Source of the DNA: the human T2T-CHM13v2.0 reference genome, Homo sapiens
Reading direction: 5' to 3' (one strand)
Length of the DNA stretch: 64,000 bases
Assembly: GCF_009914755.1 (NCBI RefSeq)
Contig: NC_060926.1
The notes beneath the pieces were generated by a model. The model ran no database searches. It had not been told where the DNA came from and worked only from the letters and a program-made list of their open reading frames with translations. Every line of letters starts with the position of its first letter. Position 1 is the stretch's first letter. Both the position numbers and the translations under genes were made by a program. This document shows, piece by piece, positions 55,571-64,000 of the stretch.

Positions 55571-55958
55571 CTCGCAGGAAGTACACGGCAGTGGGCCCCG
55601 CGCGGGTCTCGTGCAGCAGCGCGGCCAGCAGCACATGAGCCGGGCTGTCGGGCCGGAGCTCCGCCACCGAGGCACTGCCCTCGTCCAGCACCACGGCCCG
55701 CGCCAGCTCCCCGCGGACCAGGCGCGTCCGCAGCGCGCGGTCGGGCAGCAGGCAGGCGAGAACGGCGGCAGGAGGGCCGCGCGCGCGGCGCCGCAGCAGC
55801 GCGTTCCAAGGCACTGGCCGCGCGGCGCGCACGTGGCGCCGGCAGAAGGCCAGGAAGGGGCGGCAGTCCAGCAGCAGCGTGCGTTCCGCCTCCCGCGGAT
55901 CCCGCAGCAGCGTGCCCAGCGCCGCGCACTCCAGCTCGCGCGCCGCCTCCAGCCCCAT
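55571..55958 (-). CDS. DUSP2: Dual specificity phosphatase 2 (PAC-1) exon 1, rhodanese/MAPK-binding domain
   Basis: GCCATGG start, MGLEAARELECAALG...LLLDCRPF...LLRRRAR (kinase interaction motif), GTGAG donor, 388 nt. Confidence 0.98.
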
Positions 55959-56068
55959 GGCCACCGGTGCCTCTTCCTCTTCCTTTCGGTCTTTCCCGCG
56001 TCCCGGGCTCTCGTGGCGGTGGCGCTGCCCGAGCGGTCGACTCCGGGCGCCCTCCGCGGCGGCCCGGG

Positions 56069-56160
56069 TTAAGTACCCGTGGGCCGGCCTCCGGGGCACC
56101 ATACAAGGGCAGAGCAGGAAGGCGCTGGCGCCCGCGCCCGCCCCCGCCCCTCACGTGGGG
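56069..56160 (-). promoter_or_regulatory. DUSP2 proximal promoter: TATA-like TACTTAA, CArG-like box, ETS, EGR and CACGTG sites
   Basis: TACTTAA 56075-56069; CCATACAAGG 56099-56108; CAGGAAG 56115-56121; GCGGGGGCG 56147-56139; CCCCACGTGAGG 56160-56149. Confidence 0.7.
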
Positions 56161-58145
56161 CGCAGTCTGGGCTGACCTGGAGACTTCGGGGCGGGGGGGA
56201 GGTTGAGGGGGAAGGCAGGGCGCGGGGACCAACACACCGGGAGGAGGCGGGGACCAGCGACTAAGGGAAGGGAAGGTGTTACCCGGAGTCGGAGGGACTA
56301 GCACCCCTCCGTTTTTGCGCCCACCCTTTGACCTGTCCCAAGCCACTCAGTCCTGGGGAACCCAGCTTCTCAGATGCAGGTCCCCCTTTAGGGCCAACGA
56401 TGACCCTTGGAGTACCCCACCCCCTAACCCCACGCTTCCTCTGCCTTTTCCCTTTCCCTCCCAGAATTTTCCTCTTAGAAATTTGTCACCACAAACATTG
56501 ACAAATGCCTGCTGCCACGGGTGATTTCTACACTGGATGATGGGGGGGGTCCCTGCTGAGATGTCCTATTTCTCATCTATTTGGAGACCTTGAGCCAGAG
56601 GGACTTTCTCTCTCCTCCCCCTCCCCACCCCCCATTGCCTGGATAAGACCAGTACTCAGGGTCTTGCAGTAGGTTGGTGGCCAAGCTAGGCCAGAACACA
56701 GTCCCCGGGGCCCAGGCCCCTGGGCTTGGGCCGAAGGGAAATGAGGGGGGGTCCCAGGGCCTTTCATGGGGAAAGCAGGGGTCTGTGACTGGTTTCCAGT
56801 TATGTGTAGGGCAAAGCTTCTTCCTCCTGGGTGCAGGGAAAGCCCCCAGGCCCCAGAGAGAAGTACTTCCCCCTGCCACAAGCCCGCCCTGGAGGGAAGT
56901 CCGCTGACGCTCCCGGCCCTCCCCAGGCCTGCGGGGATTTCAAGACCTTGGCAAGGGGAAGAGGGAGAAGCAGAACAGAACTGGCCTCCCCCATCCTAGG
57001 CCTCCCTGTCCAGCCCCGCCGGGCAGCAAAGTCCAGGGCTAGCACTGCACCCGGAGGACTGGGGGCCTGGGTATCCCCTCCATTCCGCCCTCCCCCAGCC
57101 CTGCTGCCGGATGTGGTGAGGCCCAGGTGTGCGTGGGGTGTCTGAGCCACAAGAATTGTTGGCAGTGAACTCCCAAACTCAAGCAGAGAAGTTGAGGTGG
57201 GTGGAGACAGCGTCACTGCGCTGGAGCTGCCCTCGCCCTGCCCCCAGCTGCGTGGGATTTCAGAACCCACCCTCCAAGCCCCCAGTCTCCTGAGGCCCTC
57301 CTCCGTGCCCTCTGAAAGACCCTTCCGGCTCCCCCACAGACCCCTGTGTCCAGACCGTCTTGAAGAGTGACAGCTGGGACCTGTGGAGAGCCCGCAGCCC
57401 TTCTGGACTTGTCTGCCCTGAGTTCCTCACAGCAGTGTGCTGTATGCCTGGTTGTGTGCAGGGCAGCATCGTACCTGTGCAGTTCCACTATGTGTGAGAA
57501 GGAGCTGGAGCTTGTGTGTGCTGGGGTCAGAGCCGATGCAGAGGAGAAAAGCCCCAAGGACTCCAAAGGTCCCTGGGGCCACGTCACCCTCTCAGTGTCT
57601 CCATCTGTAAGGGGAGCACATCATGGTGCAGCGGCTCTTCCACACTGGCTCCAACGCTCTAAGGCTACTCCACTGTCTGGGCAACTTGGCTGAGGCCCCG
57701 CTGTCCCTGGCAGGCCAGTCTGGAGGCTGAGGCAGCAAAGCCCACAACAGAGCCAGGGAGTCTGGGCCACAGATCCCAAAGGCTGATATGAGCCCTTATC
57801 TTTGGCATCGGCCTCCAAATGACTTAATGCTTATTCCAGGGGCAAATTACAGAGCGTGCAGAAGGACAATCAGGTCCAGTCTTGCTGCTGGGCCAGGAGC
57901 CAAAGCCTTCCAGCTCTGTGGGAGGACCCCAGCCAGGTGGGATCCCTGATTCAGGAGTGAATTCAGCTCAGCCGTGTAAGGGGCTCCAGACCCAACTCCC
58001 ATGCTGGGCTGGGCCTCTTCCCCTCCTTCTGGAGAATCTGGTATACCTTGCCGGGGAGTTCTGCATGTGGGGAGAGCATTGCTGAAGGTTTGCTCTCATA
58101 GCACAGTCCCTGGGGCCTGGCACTCTTGGCCATGACCAGTGGTCT

Positions 58146-58279
58146 CTTTTTCTTTTTCTTTTTAAGTGACAGGATCTTGTTATGTTGCCCACACTGGCCT
58201 CAAACTCCTGAGCTCAAGTGATCCTCCTGCCTCAGCCAACAGAGTAGCTGGGACTATAGGCACGTGCCACCACCCAGCT
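58146..58279 (-). mobile_element. Alu monomer (FLAM-like)
   Basis: T-rich tail plus a single arm. Confidence 0.8.
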
Positions 58280-59525
58280 CAGGACTGGTGATGACTGCCT
58301 AAAGTGGCTGCACATATGTCACCCCCTTGAGGCCATTTGTCTTGGGGCTGTCCCCTTTTCAGCTCTGGAACGTGGACTTACGGAGGCCCAGCTTAGCCAT
58401 GAAGGAGGGCCTTCCCTTTGCCTTCTTTCCCTACTCCCAAACTGGGGAAAGCCCCACCCCCGATTACTGGGTGAAAGCCCAGGGCTGGGGTAAGAAGAGG
58501 GGGAGAGACTTACCAGCCCATGTCCCTCTCCTGCTTTTGCTCTGACAAAAGCCCCCCAAGCCTTGGATGCTGCCTGTGGTGATAATGGTGCAGGACGCCT
58601 GCTCCTCTCCGCCACCCACTCAGAGTCTCCCCAACCACCGTTCGCCAGAGCCCAGCCTTGGGAGCCACAGCAGAGAGGAGGCAGGGCATTGGGTGTAGGG
58701 GTGAGGACACAATGAGGAGGGGTCTCTGCTAGACTGGATGCCCCACAGCCTGAAGGCTCTGGAAGCAGGACCCAGTCCTCGCCACTGGCTGGGAAGGGGC
58801 TGACCCAGGTTGGGGGTCCCTGCTCAGAGCTCTCTCTGTTTTTGTTTGTTTTTCTTGGCCTGGCTCTTACAGAGCAGACAATATCAAGTAAGTTTGGGCT
58901 CAGCACTGTTTTTAAAATTGAAAACCTGTGAGACTCACCGGGAACAAATGATGATTCTGCATGTTATTCTTTTTATAACCATCTATTTTGACGGCTGTTT
59001 AAGCGTCACTGGCTCCTGCCTTTGGGATTCCAGGTCTTTCCTGGCCCTGGCAGCACATCCATCAGCCCCCTGCACAGCAGGTCTCCCTCCCACAGCTGCC
59101 TCGCTGCTGCTGCAGAGCCTTCCTTCCTCCTTCCAGCCCCCACCTCCAAGCAGATGCCTCACAGGGGGCGGGAGGTGAGTGGCTTGGCTACAGTGCTTGC
59201 GCCAGAATAGGGATGGAGGTGAGAGTGACGGGCCACCCCAAGCTCCGCCTGAGTGGTGAGTCAGGGATGACGTCGGGTTTCCTGTGCCAGGCCTCTGACG
59301 AACACACCGATGCGGCGGCCACCCCCACAGGCTCCTGCCAGGCGCCAGGCTCCAGGGACAGCCCCTCTGTGAGGAAGGCGTGTCTGGCACAGAGCAGGGT
59401 GGGGGCGGGGGTTCACCTGGGGCACCCAGCCCTTAGCAAGGCCTCCTCCTGGCCAAGGTGAAGCGGGAAGCCTGCAGCCGAAAGGGCTGGTGTCTGTTCC
59501 CACACTCTGTCATGCGTCTTGTCAC

Positions 59526-59545
59526 GTGTGTGTGTGTGTGTGTGT
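59526..59545. repeat. (GT)~10 microsatellite
   Basis: Read directly. Confidence 0.9.
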
Positions 59546-60164
59546 GAGCAGGACCAGGACCACCCAGGAGCAGGGCTGCTGGGGAAGACACTCTGAGGCC
59601 TCCTCAGGGGACCCGTCGCTCAGACTAAATGCATAGGGGCCCGCGATACGCCCCAACCCTGGCCCTGCCTCTCACCCGGGTGCCACCCTGAGCTTCAGGT
59701 CCCCTGGCGTGCACCCCCAAGCAGGACATTCGGATGCTCAGACACCTTGAGGCTGCATCCAGACCAGCACTGAGGAGTCCCCAGCCATGCGCGGAGGACG
59801 TTCTGCCTTTTTCAAGTCAATCAGTCCTTCTGAGTACATCAAGAAGAAAGTCTCCACGTGGGGCTGGCGTGGCTGTAACTTCTAATACCTGCCTTTCCTC
59901 ATTTTAACCAAGAGGCTTTGCGCCCCTTTCTGCATTTATCACTTACTCAACCCTGCATTCAGAAATACATTTCAAGAACCTATTATGTACCAAGTACTAT
60001 TCTACGTGCTGGGGATATAGCAGTAAATCCCAAACCACTGCCCTCAAGGCGCTGACCTCATTGCTTCAACAATATATATTTTTGTGATTATGTTGTGTTC
60101 ATGGTAAATGATACTAATTATCCACCTAGAGTAATCATATCTTTTCCTTTTAAAGTAAATTTTA

Positions 60165-60546
<382 letters not shown>

Positions 60547-62319
60547 CGTGCAGTGCAGGCAGGAGATGCCAGAATTAGGCTGTGTTGTCCAGGAAAGGAT
60601 CCTATGGCCCCTTCCAGCTTTGGGAGGTACGGTGCTATGGAATCTGGTTCCCCCTTCTGCCATGGTTTCCCATAAAGAGAGGAGGCCACAGCCTGAGGAA
60701 GGGACTCTGGGAGAGCTCATTGCCAAGGCCCCACTTGCCTGTGGGCCTATCCACCAAAGCAACTGTGTTTGTCTGTGTTCCCAGATGGGCCTGGGCCTGG
60801 GCCTGGGCCTGGGGGTGGAAGGGACCTCCTCTCTGAGCTTTTCCCTGGGCACCCACCCCTGGCACACCTGTGGCCCCCAACCGATGGGGGTCCCAGTAGT
60901 GAAACCAATTCCCACCCTGCTAGCCAGAGGCACTGTGGCTTAGGCCCAGGTATCTAAGGAGGGAAGAGGAGGTTGCTAAGGAATAGCTGTGGCCGGTGGT
61001 AAGAGTTGGGCAAGAAATGAAGGAGTCTCAAAAATATGACCACACTGCGGGCACAGGGCGAGTGACAAGAGGCCTCCTGGGGCTCCCCTGTGACCAGAGC
61101 TGGGTGCACTGTTGGGGGGGGGGTGACAAAGGGACCTCCTTCCCACCTCACCAGCACTGCTGACACCTTAACTACCATCGAAGACCAGGCCATGCTCTCT
61201 GCCACCCCCCAAAACCAGCAATACCAGCACAGCAGCAGCAGCAGCCGGGGAAGCTCTGGGCATCAGTTAGCTGTGGGGGCTGTGAAGCCACCTTGCCTTG
61301 GTCAGACACAACTGGGCTGCTTCCCTATAGTGTGATCTTGGTCTCGTCCCTCATTAAAAAAGAGCAATCACTAGCACTGTGTTCAGTGCCTTGGGAGCAT
61401 CACTGCATCTGGCCTCACACCCTGGAGAGCTGCCTCATTACCCTGCTCTGCAGATAGGGAAACCGAGGCCCAAAGGTGTTAGGGGGCAGAACCAAGGCCA
61501 CACAGTCCATATGCAAATGAAGAACTGGGATTGGAACCTGGGCTTAACCACTAGTCTGCCCTGCCCCTGGCCAGGGTCCACATGGGTCCGCCTGTGTGGC
61601 GTCCCCAGCACACACCCTCCTGCCTGGGTCTCTTGCTTCATGGGACAACCACAACAACTGACACCGATTGTGTGCTTGCCATGTGCCCTGACTTGTCCCA
61701 AGAGCTTAACAGAACTTATCTCATTTAAACCTCGAAGAGTCCCAAAAGTGGGACCGATTGGCACTCCAAATACAAATGGGGGAGCCACGGCTAGAAAGGC
61801 TGAGGAGTTTGCCCGAGCTCTCAGAGCCACGGCTTAAATACACAATTTTGTGTCCCCTCCTGACTGTCTCCAGAATCCAGGTCCCCATCCTCCAGGCCCT
61901 TCCCATCGGCCTCCCACCCTTGCCCACAGCCCTTCTTTCTCTCGGCTGCCGTCTTGGAGGACCTTCAGGGCATTAGTGCCACCTCCCCAGCTCTGCTGAA
62001 AACCCCTTGAGGATGCACAGTGCCCAGGGCACTGCCCCTCTGAGTCCAGCGGGAAGCACAGTGCCCAGCCCTGAGTGGGGCTTGATGCATCTCTGCAGGC
62101 ATGAGGACTTGCCCCTGTGCCCCCAGGTAGCCCTCGACAGGAAGCTGACACAGGAAGCTGAAATCCACAATGTGGGATGGAAGTCACTGTCAGGCTAGGC
62201 CTTCATCCCCCACCATTCCTCAAGCTCCAGGGAAAAAGAGATATCCTCAGGTGCCCAGAGCAGCAGATGGTTCCCAAGAGCAGACAACCCAGGCATGTCA
62301 GTAAAAGAGCCCACCATGA

Positions 62320-62676
<357 letters not shown>

Positions 62677-62741
62677 CTACCACACACATCTCTGTGGCTC
62701 TGGGCACACTGCGAGCTTCAGGCTTCCTGCGGGTCCCAGCA

Positions 62742-63400
62742 CTCATTCACTCACCAAGTGTTACTGAGTGCCAGGCTGCTTTCATGGTGCTAGGGATGCA
62801 GCCGTGAACAAGACAGACAAGATTCCTGCCCTTTGGGGCTGGCCTTCCAATGCAAGGCCACAGAAGGATGGAGTAAGCAAATGAATGAGACCACGGCAGA
62901 CACTGGGCGATGTTATGAATGATGCCGCAGAGGGGCATGAGATGGAGCAGGGGAGAGGGCACCAGGGAGGATTCTGGGAGGAGATGGCCTTCCGCTGCAA
63001 CTCCAGGGATGACAAGGAGCCTGCCAGGGCTGGGGCAGGGAAGAGCAGCGGGAGGCAGAACGGCAGGGACAAAGGCCTTGCAGCAGGAGCTCTGGTTGAG
63101 CCCAGGGCCCTGGTCAGGGTCTGATTTCATTAAAAGGACAATGGGAACCGTTGGAAGGTCCTGACTGGGGGTGGGCTAGGGAGGGAACCTGTGAGTGGAG
63201 AGTGGACTGTGGGGGCAGGAGTGGTCATGGGGAGAGGTCAGGAGCTGATGCAGTGATTCAGGGGACAGGGGGCTGACTTGACCCCTGGGTGGCAATGCAA
63301 ATGAAGGAGGCTCCAGGATCAGCAGGGGCAGGGCTGTCAGGAATCGTGGGCAGATGGGATGGGGTGGACAATGAGAAAGAGAGGGGCGGGGGTGGCTCCC
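62742..63400. mobile_element. L2 fragment
   Basis: 'cattcactcaccaagtgttactgagtgcc...gtgctagggatgcagccgtgaacaagacagaca..cctgccct' is a typical L2 3' end. Confidence 0.7.
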
Positions 63401-64000
63401 AGGTCTGGGCTGAGCAGAGGGCAAACAGGTTCCTGAGGAAGGAGGAGGTTCCCTCCTCTCCCCTGTCACCCCAGGCCCTGCCAGGGCTCCTCCTCCCTGA
63501 GACGGGGCCTGGGAGCAGCTGAGAGAGGCCAGCTGCTGCCCAGTTTTATAATCTGGAAGAGGGACATGTATTCAGCATAGGGTGAAGGCCAGAGAAGAGA
63601 GGTTGCCCCCACCACAGCCAGAGAGAGCTGGGGAGCTGCAGGAGGTGGGGGCGGGTGAGGGGCATGGGGAGCTGAGGCTCAGGTTTAGAGCACAGATGGC
63701 CGGGGTGACGCCAGACAGGAAGAGACTGATCAGGGAGGATCAGGGCCCAAATCCGATGATGCTTCCTCAAGAATGACTGCGCCTGGAAAAGCTGAGGCCA
63801 TCACTGCTCATGGAGCCACCCAGACACCCAGAGAGGGTCAGGTGTGCACACACACGCATACATGTGTTATGTGCACACAGACTCATACACACACACCCTG
63901 CACTTACATAGCCACACTCACACACCTGTCCTCCTGCACACAGTGCTGCACGGCCAAGCCTAAGCATCCTCTCCATTACCCATGGACACCCAGACACACC

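Larger units (their letters stand above)
55300..56330. promoter_or_regulatory. CpG island over the DUSP2 promoter and exons 1-2
   Basis: Dense CpG, very high GC. Confidence 0.9.

Noticed and set aside
55959-56102. In-frame ATG 48 codons upstream of the DUSP2 start
   Set aside because: It lies inside the CArG-like box, upstream of the TATA-like element, so probably outside the transcript.
60786-61245. (GGGCCT)4 and (CAG)5 short repeats
   Set aside because: Too short and intergenic; expected by chance in GC-rich DNA.

Overview
Human (primate) genomic DNA, GC-rich and Alu/L1/MIR/L2-laden. The gene content and order identify it as the chromosome 2q11.2 ADRA2B-ASTL-DUSP2 interval. All three genes are on the minus strand. 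ADRA2B is intronless (CDS 26765->25413, 450 aa). It carries the 12-Glu allele and Ala at codon 211, where I recall Gly in the canonical protein. ASTL/ovastacin has 9 coding exons (49040->34454, 1296 nt, 431 aa). DUSP2/PAC-1 has 4 exons (55958->54427, 945 nt, 314 aa). I placed every exon boundary by reading GT-AG junctions, and the exon lengths sum to intact reading frames. Positions 1-23.4 kb and 57-64 kb are intergenic and repeat-rich. I see no new protein-coding system, CRISPR array or RNA gene. The best leads are regulatory: (1) a 27-bp tandem repeat in the ASTL promoter whose every unit pairs a CACCTG E-box with a GC box; (2) an in-frame, strong-Kozak, Arg-rich uORF plus a start-stop element in the ADRA2B leader; (3) an Alu-flanked, stop-free 693-nt ASTL exon 3-8 block that could circularise; (4) a stop-free 84-nt DUSP2 intron 1. 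Repeat family names are from recalled consensus motifs and their boundaries are approximate.
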